A stretch of 64,000 nucleotides of DNA, taken from assembly GCA_051530055.1 (NCBI GenBank), contig CM121342.1, positions 13,903,480 to 13,967,479 on the forward strand, in the 5' to 3' direction. Below, one piece after another: positions 1 to 15,000 of this stretch (position 1 is the stretch's first letter; every line of letters starts with the position of its first letter). This stretch comes from Neoechinorhynchus agilis (taxonomy: Eukaryota; Animalia; Acanthocephala). Position numbers and translations under genes: made by a program. A model generated the notes under the pieces. That model saw nothing but the letters and a program-made list of their open reading frames with translations. It had not been told where the DNA came from and made no database searches.

Positions 1-3000
1 GGCGTTCATTACTAACAAACAGTAAGTAGCGGTTCTAAACCGATTCCCGATGAAGATATTGGCTCATTGAGTCTCCGAGGGAACTAGAAATTAAAGAAAA
101 ATTTCATACTGGAGTTAAATCTAAGCTTTTGCATAATCCGATGTGACACTTTCTCTTAATTATTCTTAAAGTTTTATAATTTGTTAACAATACGCGGAAA
201 TGATCAAATAAAAAATACCGGAAATCAGTCAGACGCAAACTGCAAGAAGTTTATTTTCCTGAACATCTTCAGTGGGCAAAAATCGAACAACTTTCTAAAG
301 GGCACCTAAAGCGTTCATTACTAACAAACAGTAAGTAGCGGTTCTAAACCGATGCCCGATGAAGATATTGGCTCATTGAGTCTCCGAGGGAACTAGAAAT
401 TAAAGAAAAATTTAATTCTGGAGTTAAATCTAAGCTTTTGCATAATCCGATGTGACACTTTCTCTTAATTATTCTTAAAGTTTTATAATTTGTTAACAAT
501 ACGCGGAAATGATCAAAGAAAAGATACCGGAAATCAGTTAGACGCAAACTGCAAGAAGTTTCCTTTGCTGAACATCTTTAGTTTGCAAAAATCGAACAAC
601 TTTCTAAAGGGCACCTTAAGCGTCCATTAATAACAAACAGTAAGTAGCGGTTCTAAACCGATGCCCGATGAAGATATCGACTCATTGAGTCTCCGAGGGA
701 ACTAGAAATTAAAGAAAAATTTAATAATGGAGTTAAATCCAAGCTTTATCATAATCCGATGTGACACTTTCTCTTAATTATTCTTAAAGTTTTATAATTT
801 GTTAACAATACGCGGAAATGATCAAAGAAAAGATACCGGAAATCAGTTAGACGCAAACTGCAAGAAGTTTCCTTTGCTGAACATCTTTAGTTTGCAAAAA
901 TCGAACAACTTTCTAAAGGGCACCTTAAGCGTCCATTAATAACAAACAGTAAGTAGCGGTTCTAAACCGATGCCCGATGAAGATATTGGCTCATTGAGTC
1001 TCCGAGGGAACTAGAAATTAAAGAAAAATTTAATAATGGAGTTAAATCCAAGCTTTATCATAATCCGATGTGACACTTTCTCTTAATTATTCTTAGAGTT
1101 TTATAATTTGTTAACAATACGCGGAAAAGATCAAAGAAAAAATACCTTAAATCAGTTAGACGCAAACTGCAAGAAGTTTCCTTTGCTGAACATCTTCAGT
1201 GGGCAAAAATCGAACAACTTTCTAAAGGGCACCTAAAGCGTTCATTACTAACAAACAGTAAGTAGCGGTTCTAAACCGATGCCCGATGAAGATATTGGCT
1301 CATTGAGTCCCCGAGGGAACTAGAAATTAAAGAAAAATTTAAATCTGGTGTTAAATCTAAGCTTTTTCATAATCCGATGTGACATTTTCTCTTAATTATT
1401 CTTAAAGTTTTATAATTTGTATACAATACGCGGAAATGATCAAATAAAAAATAACGGAAATCAGTTAGACGCAAACTGCAAGAAGTTTATTTTCCTGAAC
1501 ATCTTCAGTGGGCAAAAATCGAACAACTTTCTAAAGGGCACCTAAACCGTTCATTACTAACAAACAGTAGGTGGCGGTTCTAAACCGATGCCCGATGAAG
1601 ATATTGGCTCATTGAGTCTCCGAGGGAACTAGAAATTAAAGAAAAATTTAATTCTGGAGTTAAACCTAAGCTTTTGTATAATCAGATGTGACATTTTCTC
1701 TTGATTATTCTTAGAGTTTTATAATTTGTTAATAATACGCGGAAAAGATCAAAGAACAAATACCTTAAATCGGTTAGAGGCAAACTGCAAGAAGTTTCCT
1801 TTCCTGAACATCTTCAGTGGGCAAAAATCGAACAACTTTCTAAAGGGCACCTAAAGCGTAAATAACTAACAAAAAGTAAGTAGCGGTTCTAAACCGATGC
1901 CCGATGAAGATATTGGCTCATTGAGTCTCCGAGGGAACTAGAAATTAAAGAAAAAATTAATAATGGAGTTAAATCTAAGCTTTTGCATAATCCGATGTGA
2001 CACTTTCTCTTAATTATTCTTAAAGTTTTATAATTTGTTAACAATACGCGGAAATGATCAAATAAAAAATACCGGAAATCAGTCAGACGAAAACTGCAAG
2101 AAGTTTATTTTCCTGAACATCTTCAGTGGGCAAAAATCGAACAACTTTCTAAAGGGCACCTTAAGCGTCCATTAATAACAAACAGTAAGTAGCGGTTCAA
2201 AACCGATGCCCGATGAAGATATTGGCTCATTGAGTCTCCGAGGTAACTAGAAATTAAAGAAAAATTTAATAATGGAGTTAAATCCAATCTTTTGCATAGT
2301 CCGATGTGACACTTTCTCTTATATATTCTTAGAGTTTTATAATTTGTTAATAATACGCGGAAAAGATCAAAGAACAAATAATTTAAATCGGTTAGACGCA
2401 AACTGCAAGAAGTTTCCTTTGCTGAACATCTTCAGTGGCAAAAATCGAACAACTTTCTAAAGGGTACCTTAAGCGTAAATAACTAACAAACAGTAAGTAG
2501 CGGTTCTAAACCGATGCCCGGTGAAGATATTGGCCCATTGAGTCTCCGAGGGAACTAGAAATTAAAGAAAAATTTAATTCTGGAGTTAAATCTAAGCTTT
2601 TGCATAATCCGATGTGACACTTTCTCTTTACTGTTCTTAAAGTTTTATAATTTGTTAACAACACGCGGAAATGATCAAAGAAAAGATACCGGAAATCAGT
2701 CAGACGCAAACTGCAAGAAGTTTATTTTCCTGAACATCTTCAGTGGGCAAAAATCGAACAACTTTCTAAAGGGCACCTAAAGCGTTCATTACTAACAAAC
2801 AGTAAGTAGCGGTTCTAAACCGATGCTCGAAGTAGACATCGACTCATTGAGTCTCCGAGGGAACTAGAAATTAAAGAAAAATTTCATACTGGAGTTAAAT
2901 CTAAGCTTTTGCATAATCCGATGTGACACTTTCTCTTATTTATTCTTAAAGTTTTATAATTTGTTAACAACACGCGGAAATGATCAAAGAAAAGATACCG

Positions 3001-6000
3001 GAAATCAGTCTGACGCAAACTGCAAGAAGTTTCCTTTGCTGAACATCTTTAGTGGGCAAAAATCGAAAAACTTTCTAAAGGGCACCTAAAGAGTTCATTA
3101 CTAACAAACAGTAAGTAGCGGTTCTAAACCGATGCCCGATTAAGATATTGGCTCATTGAGTCCCCGAGGGAACTAGAAATTAAAGAAAAATTTCATACTG
3201 GAGTTATATCTAAGCTTCTGCATAATCCGATGTGACACTTTCTCTTAATTATTCTTAAAGTTTTATAATTTGTTAACAATACGCGGAAATGATCAGAAAA
3301 GAAAACGGAAATCAGTCAGACGCAAACTGCAAGAAGTTTATTTTCCTGAACATCTTAAGTGGGCAAAAATCGAACAACTTTCTAAAGGGCACCTAAAGCG
3401 TTCATTACTAACAAACAGTAAGTGGCAGTTCTAAACCGATGCCCGATTAAGATATTGGCTCATTGAGTCTCCGAGGGAACTAGAAATTAAAGAAAAAATT
3501 AATAATGGAGTTAAATGTAAGCTTTTGCATAATCCGATGTGACACTTTCTCTTAATTACTCCTAAAGTTTTATAATTTGTTAACCATACGCGGAAAAGAT
3601 CAAATAAAAAATACCGGAAATCAGTCAGACGCAAACTGCAAGAAGTTTATTTTCCTGAACATCTTAAGTGGGCAAAAATCGAACAACTTTCTAAAGGGCA
3701 CCTAAAGCGTTCATTACTAACAAACAGTAAGTGGCAGTTCTAAACAGATGCCCGATTAAGATATTGGCTCATTGAGTCTCCGAGGGAACTAGAAATTAAA
3801 GAAAAATATAATAATGGAGTAAAATCCAAGCTTTTGCATAATCCGATGTGACACTTTCTCTTAATTATTCCTAAAGTTTTATAATTTGTTAACAATACGC
3901 GGAAAAGATCAAATAAAAAATACCGGAAATCAGTCAGACGCAAACTGCAAGAAGTTTCCTTTCCTGAACATCTTCAGTGGGCAAAAATCGAACAACTTTC
4001 TAAAGGGCACCTAAAGCGTTCATTACTAACAAACAGTAAGTAGCGGTTCTAAACCGATGCCCGATGAAGATATTGGCTCATTGAGTCTCCGAGGGAACTA
4101 GAAATTAAAGAAAAATTTAATAATGGAGTTAAATCTAAGCTTTTGCATAATCCGATGTGACACTTTCTCTTAATTATTCTTAAAGTTTTATAATTTGTTA
4201 ACAATACGCGGAAAAGATCAAATAAAAAATACCGGAAATCAGTCAGACGCAAACTGCAAGAAGTTTCCTTTGCTGAACATCTTCAGTGGGCAAAAATCGA
4301 ACAACTTTCTAAAGGGCACCTAAAGCGTAAATAACTAACAAACAGTAAGTAGCGGTTCTAAACCGATGCCCGATGAAGATATTGGCTCATTGAGTCTCCG
4401 AGGGAACTAGAAATTAAAGAAAAATTTAATTCTGGAGTTAAATCTAAGCTTTTGCATAATCCGATGTGACACTTACTCTTAATTACTCCTAAAGTTTTAT
4501 AATTTGTTAACAATACGCGGAAAAGATCAAATAAAAAATACCGGAAATCAGTTAGACGCAAACTGCAAGAAGTTTCCTTTGCTGAACATCTTCAGTGGGC
4601 AAAAATCGAACAACTTTCTAAAGGGCACCTAAAGCGTCCATTACTAACAAACAGTAAGTAGCGGTTCTAAACCGATGCCCGATGAAGATATCGACTCATT
4701 GAGTCTCCGAGGGAACTAGAAATTAAAGAAAAATTTAATAATGGAGTTAAATCCAAGCTTTTGCATAATCCGATGTGACACTTTCTCTTAATTATTCTTA
4801 AAGTTTTATAATTTGTTAACAATACGCGGAAATGATCAAATAAAAAATACCGGAAATCAGTTAGACGCAAACTGCAAGAAGTTTCCTTTGCTGAACATCT
4901 TCAGTGGGCAAAAATCGAACAACTTTCTAAAGGGCACCTAAAGCGTTCATTACTAACAAACAGTAAGTAGCGGTTCTAAACCGATGCCCGATGAAGATAT
5001 CGACTCATTGAGTCTCCGAGGGAACTAGAAATTAAAGAAAAATTTAATAATGGAGTTAAATCTAAGCTTTTGCATAATCCGATGTGACACTTTCTCTTAA
5101 TTATTCTTAGAGTTTTATAATTTGTTAACAATACGCGGAAAAGATCAAAGAAAAAATACCGGAAATCAGTTAGACGCAAACTGCAAGAAGTTTCCTTTGC
5201 TGAACATCTTCAGTGGGCAAAAATCGAACAACTTTCTAAAGGGCACCTAAAGCGTTCATTACTAACAAACAGTAAGTAGCGGTTCTAAACCGATGCCCGA
5301 TGAAGATATTGGCTCATTGAGTCTCCGAGGGAACTAGAAATTAAAGAAAAATTTAATAATGGAGTTATATCCAAGCTTTTGCATAATCCGATGTGACACT
5401 TTCTCTTAATTATTCTTAGAGTTTTATAATTTGTTAACAATGCGCGGAAAAGATCAAATAAAAAATAGCGGAAATCAGTTAGACGCAAACTGCAAGAAGT
5501 TTCCTTTGCTGAACATCTTCAGTGGGCAAAAATCGAACAACTTTCTAAAGGGCACCTAAAGCGTTCATTACTAACAAACAGTAAGTAGCGGTTCTAAACC
5601 GATGCCCGATGAAGATATTGGCTCATTGAGTCTCCGAGGGAACTAGAAATTAAAGAAAAATTTAATTCTGGAGTTAAATCTAAGCTTTTGCATAATCCGA
5701 TGTGACACTTACTCTTAATTACTCCTAAAGTTTTATAATTTGTTAACAATACGCGGAAAAGATCAAATAAAAAATACCGGAAATCAGTTAGACGCAAACT
5801 GCAAGAAGTTTCCTTTGCTGAACATCTTCAGTGGGCAAAAATCGAACAACTTTCTAAAGGGCACCTAAAGCGTTCATTACTAACAAACAGTAAGTAGCGG
5901 TTCTAAACCGATGCCCGATGAAGATATCGACTCATTGAGTCTCCGAGGGAACTAGAAATTAAAGAAAAATTTCATAATGGAGTTAAATCCAAGCTTTTGC

Positions 6001-9000
6001 ATAATCCGATGTGACACTTTCTCTTAATTATTCTTAAAGTTTTATAATTTGTTAATAATACGCGGAAAAGATCAAATAACAAATACCGGAAATCAGTTAG
6101 ACGCAAACTGCAAGAAGTTTCCTTTGCTGAACATCTTCAGTGGGCAAAAATCGAACAACTTTCTAAAGGGCACCTAAAGCGTAAATAACTAACAAACAGT
6201 AAGTAGCGGTTCTAAACCGAAGCCCGATGAAGATATTGGCTCATTGAGTCTCCGAGGGAACTAGAAATTAAAGAAAAATTTAACAATGGAGTTAAATCTA
6301 AGCTTTTTCATAATCAGATGTGACACTTTCTCTTAATTATTCTTAAAGTTTTATAATTTGTTAACAATACGCGGAAATGATCAAATAAAAAATACCGGAA
6401 ATCAGTCAGACGCAAACTGCAAGAAGTTTCCTTTCCTGAACATCTTCAGTGGGCAAAAATCGAACAACTTTCTAAAGGGCACCTAAAGCGTTCATTACTA
6501 ACAAACAGTAAGTAGCGGTTCTAAACCGATGCCCGATGAAGATATTGGCTCATTGAGTCTCCGAGGGAACTAGAAATTAAAGAAAAATTTCATACTGGAG
6601 TTAAATCTAAGCTTTTGCATAATCCGATGTGACACTTTCTCTTAATTATTCTTAAAGTTTTATAATTTGTTAACAATACGCGGAAAAGATCAAAGAAAAG
6701 ATACCGGAAATCAGTCAGACGCAAACTGCAAGAAGTTTCCTTTCCTGAACATCTTCAGTGGGCAAAAATCGAACAACTTTCTAAAGGGCACCTAAAGCGT
6801 TCATTACTAACAAACAGTAAGTAGCGGTTCTAAACCGATGCCCGATGAAGATATTGGCTCATTGAGTCTCCGAGGGAACTAGAAATTAAAGAAAAATTTA
6901 ATAATGGAGTTAAATCTAAGCTTTTGCATAATCCGATGTGACACTTTCTCTTAATTATTCTTAAAGTTTTATAATTTGTTAACAATACGCGGAAATGATC
7001 AAATAAAAAATACCGGAAATCAGTCAGACGCAAACTGCAAGAAGTTTCCTTTCCTGAACATCTTTAGTGGGCAAAAATCGAAAAACTTTCTAAAGGGCAC
7101 CTAAAGCGTTCATTACTAACAAACAGTAAGTAGCGGTTCTAAACCGATGCCCGATCAAGATATTGGCTCATTGAGTCTCCGAGGGAACTAGAAATTAAAG
7201 AAAAATTTAATTCTGGAGTTAAATCTAAGCTTTTGCATAATCCGATGTGACACTTTCTCTTAATTATTCTTAAAGTTTTATAATTTGTTAACAATACGCG
7301 GAAAAGATCAAATAAAAATACCGGAAATCAGTTAGACGCAAACTGCAAGAAGTTTCCTTTGCTGAACATCTTCAGTGGGCAAAAATCGAACAACTTTCTA
7401 AAGGGCACCTAAAGCGTCCATTACTAACAAACAGTAAGTAGCGGTTCTAAACCGATGCCCGATGAAGATATTGGCTCATTGAGTCTCCGAGGGAACTAGA
7501 AATTAAAGAAAAATTTCATACTGGAGTTAAATCTAAGCTTTTGCATAATCCGATGTGACACTTTATCTTAATTATTCTTAGAGTTTTATAATTTGTTAAT
7601 AATACGCGGAAAAGATCAAATAAAAGATACCGGAAATCAGTCAGACGCAAACTGCAAGAAGTTTCCTTTGCTGAACATCTTCAGTGGGCAAAAATCGAAC
7701 AACTTTCTAAAGGGCACCTAAAGCGTTCATTACTAACAAACAGTAAGTAGCGGTTCTAAACCGATGCCCGATGAAGATATTGGCTCATTGAGTCTCCGAG
7801 GGAACTAGAAATTAAAGAAAAATTTAATAATGGAGTTATATCCAAGCTTTTGCATAATCCGATGTGACACTTTCTCTTAATTATTCTTAGAGTTTTATAA
7901 TTTGTTAACAATGCGCGGAAAAGATCAAATAAAAAATAGCGGAAATCAGTTAGACGCAAACTGCAAGAAGTTTCCTTTGCTGAACATCTTTAGTGGGCAA
8001 AAATCGAACAACTTTCTAAAGGGCACCTAAAGCGTTCATTACTAACAAACAGTAAGTAGCGGTTCTAAACCGATGCCCGATGAAGATATTGGCTCATTGA
8101 GTCTCCGAGGGAACTAGAAATTAAAGAAAAATTTAATTCTGGAGTTAAATCTAAGCTTTTGCATAATCCGATGTGACACTTTCTCTTAATTACTCCTAAA
8201 GTTTTATAATTTGTTAACAATACGCGGAAAAGATCAAATAAAAAATACCGGAAATCAGTTAGACGCAAACTGCAAGAAGTTTCCTTTGCTGAACATCTTC
8301 AGTGGGCAAAAATCGAACAACTTTCTAAAGGGCAACTAAAGCGTTCATTACTAACAAACAGTAAGTAGCGGTTCTAAACCGATGCCCGATGAAGATATCG
8401 ACTCATTGAGTCTCCGAGGGAACTAGAAATTAAAGAAAAATTTAATAATGGAGTTATATCCAAGCTTTTGCATAATCCGATGTGACACTTTCTCTTAATT
8501 ATTCTTAGAGTTTTATAATTTGTTAACAATGCGCGGAAAAGATCAAATAAAAAATAGCGGAAATCAGTTAGACGCAAACTGCAAGAAGTTTCCTTTGCTG
8601 AACATCTTTAGTGGGCAAAAATCGAACAACTTTCTAAAGGGCACCTAAAGCGTTCATTACTAACAAACAGTAAGTAGCGGTTCTAAACCGATGCCCGATG
8701 AAGATATTGGCTCATTGAGTCTCCGAGGGAACTAGAAATTAAAGAAAAATTTAATAATGGAGTTATATCCAAGCTTTTGCATAATCCGATGTGACACTTT
8801 CTCTTAATTATTCTTAGAGTTTTATAATTTGTTAACAATGCGCGGAAAAGATCAAATAAAAAATAGCGGAAATCAGTTAGACGCAAACTGCAAGAAGTTT
8901 CCTTTGCTGAACATCTTCAGTGGGCAAAAATCGAACAACTTTCTAAAGGGCACCTAAAGCGTAAATAACTAACAAACAGTAAGTAGCGGTTCTAAACCGA

Positions 9001-12000
9001 TGCCCGATGAAGATATTGGCTCATTGAGTCTCCGAGGGAACTAGAAATTAAAGAAAAATTTAATTCTGGAGTTAAATCTAAGCTTTTGCATAATCCGATG
9101 TGACACTTACTCTTAATTACTCCTAAAGTTTTATAATTTGTTAACAATACGCGGAAAAGATCAAATAAAAAATACCGGAAATCAGTTAGACGCAAACTGC
9201 AAGAAGTTTCCTTTGCTGAACATCTTCAGTGGGCAAAAATCGAACAACTTTCTAAAGGGCACCTAAAGCGTCCATTACTAACAAACAGTAAGTAGCGGTT
9301 CTAAACCGATGCCCGATGAAGATATCGACTCATTGAGTCTCCGAGGGAACTAGAAATTAAAGAAAAATTTAATAATGGAGTTAAATCCAAGCTTTTGCAT
9401 AATCCGATGTGACACTTTCTCTTAATTATTCTTAGAGTTTTATAATTTGTTAACAATACGCGGAAAAGATCAAAGAACAAATACCGGAAATCAGTTAGAC
9501 GCAAACTGCAAGAAGTTTCCTTTGCTGAACATCTTCAGTGGGCAAAAATCGAACAACTTTCTAAAGGGCACCTAAAGCGTAAATAACTAACAAACAGTAA
9601 GTAGCGGTTCTAAACCGAAGCCCGATGAAGATATTGGCTCATTGAGTCTCCGAGGGAACTAGAAATTGAAAAATTTAACAATGGAGTTAAATCTAAGCTT
9701 TTTCATAATCAGATGTGACACTTTCTCTTAATTATTCTTAAAGTTTTATAATTTGTTAACAATACGCGGAAATGATCAAATAAAAAATACCGGAAATCAG
9801 TCAGACGCAAACTGCAAGAAGTTTACTTTCCTGAACATCTTCAGTGGGCAAAAATCGAACAACTTTCTAAAGGGCACTAAAGCGTCCATTACTAACAAAC
9901 AGTAAGTAGCGGTTCTAAACCGATGCCCGATGAAGATATTGGCTCATTGAGTCTCCGAGGGAACTAGAAATTAAAGAAAAATTTAATAATGGAGTTAAAT
10001 CTAAGCTTTTGCATAATCCGATGTGACACTTTCTCTTAATTATTCTTAAAGTTTTATAATTTGTTAACAATACGCGGAAAAGATCAAATAAAAAATACCG
10101 GAAATCAGTCAGACGCAAACTGCAAGAAGTTTATTTTCCTGAACATCTTAAGTGGGCAAAAATCGAACAACTTTCTAAAGGGCACCTAAAGCGTTCATTA
10201 CTAACAAACAGTAAGTAGCGGTTCTAAACCGATGCCCGATGAAGATATCGACTCATTGAGTCTCCGAGGGAACTAGAAATTAAAGAAAAATTTCATAATG
10301 GAGTTAAATCCAAGCTTTTGCATAATCCGATGTGACACTTTCTCTTAATTATTCCTAAAGTTTTATAATTTGTTAACAATACGCGGAAAAGATCAAATAA
10401 CAAATACCGGAAATCAGTCAGACGCAAACTGCAAGAAGTTTCCTTTCCTGAACATCTTCAGTGGGCAAAAATCGAACAACTTTCTAAAGGGCACCTAAAG
10501 CGTAAATAACTAACAAACAGTAAGTAGCGGTTCTAAACCGATGCCCGATGAAGATATTGGCTCATTGAGTCTCCGAGGGAACTAGAAATTAAAGAAAAAT
10601 TTAATAATGGAGTTAAATCTAAGCTTTTGCATAATCCGATGTGACACTTTCTCTTAATTATTCTTAAAGTTTTATAATTTGTTAACAATACGCGGAAATG
10701 ATCAAATAAAAAATACCGGAAATGAGTCAGACGCAAACTGCAAGAAGTTTCCTTTGCTGAACATCTTTAGTGGGCAAAAATCGAACAACTTTCTAAAGGG
10801 CACCTAAAGCGTTCATTAATAACAAACAGTAAGTAGCGGTTCTAAACCGATGCCCGATGAAGATATTGGCTCATTGAGTCTCCGAGGGAACTAGAAATTA
10901 AAGAAAAATTTAATAATGGAGTTAAATCTAAGCTTTTGCATAATCCGATGTGACAGAACAACTTTCTAAAGGGCACCTAAAGCTTTCATTAATAACAAGC
11001 AGTAAGTAGCGGTTCTAAACCGATGCCCGATGAAGATATTGGCTCATCGAGTCTCCGAGGGAACTAGAAATTAAAGAAAAATTTAATATTGGAGTTAAAT
11101 CTAAGCTTTTGCATAATCCGATGTGACACTTTCTCTTAATTATTGTTAAAGTTTTATAATTTGTTAACAATACGCGGAAATGATCAAAGAAAAGATACCG
11201 GAAATCAGTCAGACGCAAACTGCAAGAAGTTTCCTTTGCTGAACATCTTTAGTGGGCAAAAATCGAACAACTTTCTAAAGGGCACCTTAAGCGTCCATTA
11301 ATAACAAGCAGTAAGTAGCGGTTCTAAACCGATTCCCGATGAAGATATTGGCTCATTGAGTCTCCGAGGGAACTAGAAATAAAAGAAAAATTTAATAATG
11401 GAGTTAAATCTAAGCTTTTGCATAATCCGATGTGACACTTTCTCTTAATTATTCTTAAAGTTTTATAATTTGTTAACAATACGCGGAAATGATCAAATAA
11501 AAAATACCGGAAATGAGTCAGACGCAAACTGCAAGAAGTTTCCTTTGCTGAACATCTTTAGTGGGCAAAAATCGAACAACTTTCTAAAGGGCACCTTAAG
11601 CGTCCATTAATAACAAACAGTAAGTAGCGGTTCTAAACCGATTCCCGATGAAGATATTGGCTCATTGAGTCTCCGAGGGAACTAGAAATAAAAGAAAAAT
11701 TTAATACTGGAGTTAAATCTAAGCTTTTGCATAATCCGATGTGACACTTTCAATTATTCTTAAAGTTTTATAATTTGTTAACAATACGCGGAAATGATCA
11801 AATAAAAAATACCGGAAATGAGTCAGACGCAAACTGCAAGAAGTTTCCTTTGCTGAACATCTTTAGTGGGCAAAAATCGAACAACTTTCTAAAGGGCACC
11901 TAAAGCGTTCATTACTAACAAACAGTAAGTAGCGGTTCTAAACCGATTCCCGATGAAGATATTGGCTCATTGAGTCTCCGAGGGAACTAGAAATAAAAGA

Positions 12001-15000
12001 AAAATTTAATAATGGAGTTAAATCTAAGCTTTTGCATAATCCGATGTGACACTTTCTCTTAATTATTCTTAAAGTTTTATAATTTGTTAACAATACGCGG
12101 AAAAGATCAAATAAAAATACCGGAAATCAGTTAGACGCAAACTGCAAGAAGTTTCCTTTGCTGAACATCTTTAGTGGGCAAAAATCGAACAACTTTCTAA
12201 AGGGCACCTTAAGCGTCCATTAATAACAAACAGTAAGTAGCGGTTCTAAACCGATTCCCGATGAAGATATTGGCTCATTGAGTCTCCGAGGGAACTAGAA
12301 ATTAAAGAAAAATTTAATAATGGAGTTAAATCTAAGCTTTTGCATAATCCGATGTGACACTTTCTCTTAACTATTCCTAAAGTTTTATAATTTGTTAACA
12401 ATACGCGGAAATGATCAAATGAAAAATACCGGAAATCAGTCAGACGCAAACTGCAAGAAGTTTCCTTTGCTGAACATCTTTAGTGGGAAAAAATCGAACA
12501 ACTTTCTAAAGGGCACCTTAAGCGTCCATTAATAACAAACAGTAAGTAGCGGTTCTAAACCGATTCCCGATGAAGATATTGGCTCATCGAGTCTCCGAGG
12601 GAACTAGAAATTAAAGAAAAATTTAATAATGGAGTTAAATCTAAGCTTTTGCATAATCCGATGTGACACTTTCTCTTAATTATTCTTAAAGTTTTATAAT
12701 TTGTTAACAATACGCGGAAATGATCAAATAAAAATACCGGAAATCAGTCAGACGCAAACTGCAAGAAGTTTCCTTTGCTGAACATCTTTAGTGGGCAAAA
12801 ATCGAACAACTTTCTAAAGGGCACCTAAAGCGTTCATTACTAACAAACAGTAAGTAGCGGTTCTAAACCGATGCCCGATGAAGATATTGGCTCATTGAGT
12901 CTCCGAGGGAACTAGAAATAAAAGAAAAATTTAATACTGGAGTTAAATCTAAGCTTTTGCATAATCCGATGTGACACTTTCTCTTAATTATTCTTAAAGT
13001 TTTATAATTTGTTAACAATACGCGGAAATGATCAAAGAAAAATACCGGAAATCAGTCAGACGCAAACTGCAAGAAGTTTCCTTTGCTGAACATCTTTAGT
13101 GGGCAAAAATCGAACAACTTTCTAAAGGGCACCTTAAGCGTCCATTAATAACAAACAGTAAGTAGCGGTTCTAAACCGATGCCCGATGACGATATTGGCT
13201 CATTGAGTCTCCGAGGGAACTAGAAATTAAAGAAAAATTTAATAATGGAGTTAAATCTAAGCTTTTGCATAATCCGATGTGACACTTTCTCTTAATTATT
13301 CTTAAAGTTTTATAATTTGTTAACAATACGCGGAAATGATCAAATAAAAAATACCGGAAATCAGTCAGACGCAAACTGCAAGAAGTTTCCTTTGCTGAAC
13401 ATCTTTAGTGGGCAAAAATCGAACAACTTTCTAAAGGGCACCTAAAGCGTCCATTAATAACAAACAGTAAGTAGCGGTTCTAAACCGATTCCCGATGAAG
13501 ATATTGGCTCATTGAGTCTCCGAGGGAACTAGAAATAAAAGAAAAATTTAATAATGGAGTTAAATCTAAGCTTTTGCATAATCCGATGTGACACTTTCTC
13601 TTAATTATTCTTAAAGTTTTATAATTTGTTAACAATACGCGGAAATGATCAAAGAAAAATACCGGAAATCAGTTAGACGCAAACTGCAAGAAGTTTCCTT
13701 TGCTGAACATCTTTAGTGGGCAAAAATCGAACAACTTTCTAAAGGGCACCTTAAGCGTCCATTAATAACAAACAGTAAGTAGCGGTTCTAAACCGATTCC
13801 CGATGAAGATATTGGCTCATTGAGTCTCCGAGGGAACTAGAAATTAAAGAAAAATTTAATATGGAGTTAAATCTAAGCTTTTGCATAATCCGATGTGACA
13901 CTTTCTCTTAACTATTCCTAAAGTTTTATAATTTGTTAACAATACGCGGAAATGATCAAATGAAAAATACCGGAAATCAGTTAGACGCAAACTGCAAGAA
14001 GTTTCCTTTGCTGAACATCTTTAGTGGGCAAAAATCGAACAACTTTCTAAAGGGCACCTTAAGCGTCCATTAATAACAAACAGTAAGTAGCGGTTCTAAA
14101 CCGATTCCCGATGAAGATATTGGCTCATTGAGTCTCCGAGGGAACTAGAAATCAAAGAAAAATTTAATAATGGAGTTAAATCTAAGCTTTTGCATAATCC
14201 GATGTGACACTTTCTCTTAACTATTCCTAAAGTTTTATAATTTGTTAACAATACGCGGAAAAGATCAAATAAAAATACCGGAAATCAGTTATACGCAAAC
14301 TGCAAGAAGTTTCCTTTGCTGAACATCTTTAGTGGGCAAAAATCGAACAACTTTCTAAAGGGCACCTTAAGCTTTCATTAATAACAAGCAGTAAGTAGCG
14401 GTTCTAAACCGATGCCCGATGAAGATATTGGCTCATTGAGTCTCCGAGGGAACTAGAAATAAAAGAAAAATTTAATAATGGAGTTAAATCTAAGCTTTTG
14501 CATAATCCGATGTGACACTTTCTCTTAATTATTCTTAAAGTTTTATAATTTGTTAACAATACGCGGAAAAGATCAAATAAAAATACCGGAAATCAGTTAT
14601 ACGAAAACTGCAAGAAGTTTCCTTTGCTGAACATCTTTAGTGGGCAAAAATCGAACAACTTTCTAAAGGGCACCTTAAGCGTCCATTAATAACAAACAGT
14701 AAGTAGCGGTTCTAAACCGATTCCCGATGAAGATATTGGCTCATTGAGTCTCCGAGGGAACTAGAAATTAAAGAAAAATTTAATAATGGAGTTAAATCTA
14801 AGCTTTTGCATAATCCGATGTGACATTTCTCTTAATTATTCTTAAAGTTTTATAATTTGTTAACAATACGCGGAAATGATCAAATAAAAATACCGGAAAT
14901 CAGTCAGACGCAAACTGCAAGAAGTTTCCTTTGCTGAACATCTTTAGTGGGCAAAAATCGAACAACTTTCTAAAGGGCACCTAAAGCGTTCATTAATAAC

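Noticed and set aside
3955-3980. Hammerhead in the 309-bp unit (minus strand CTGAAGA...GAAA)
   Set aside because: No proper stem II or stem I forms, and CTGAA pairs locally with TTCAG instead.
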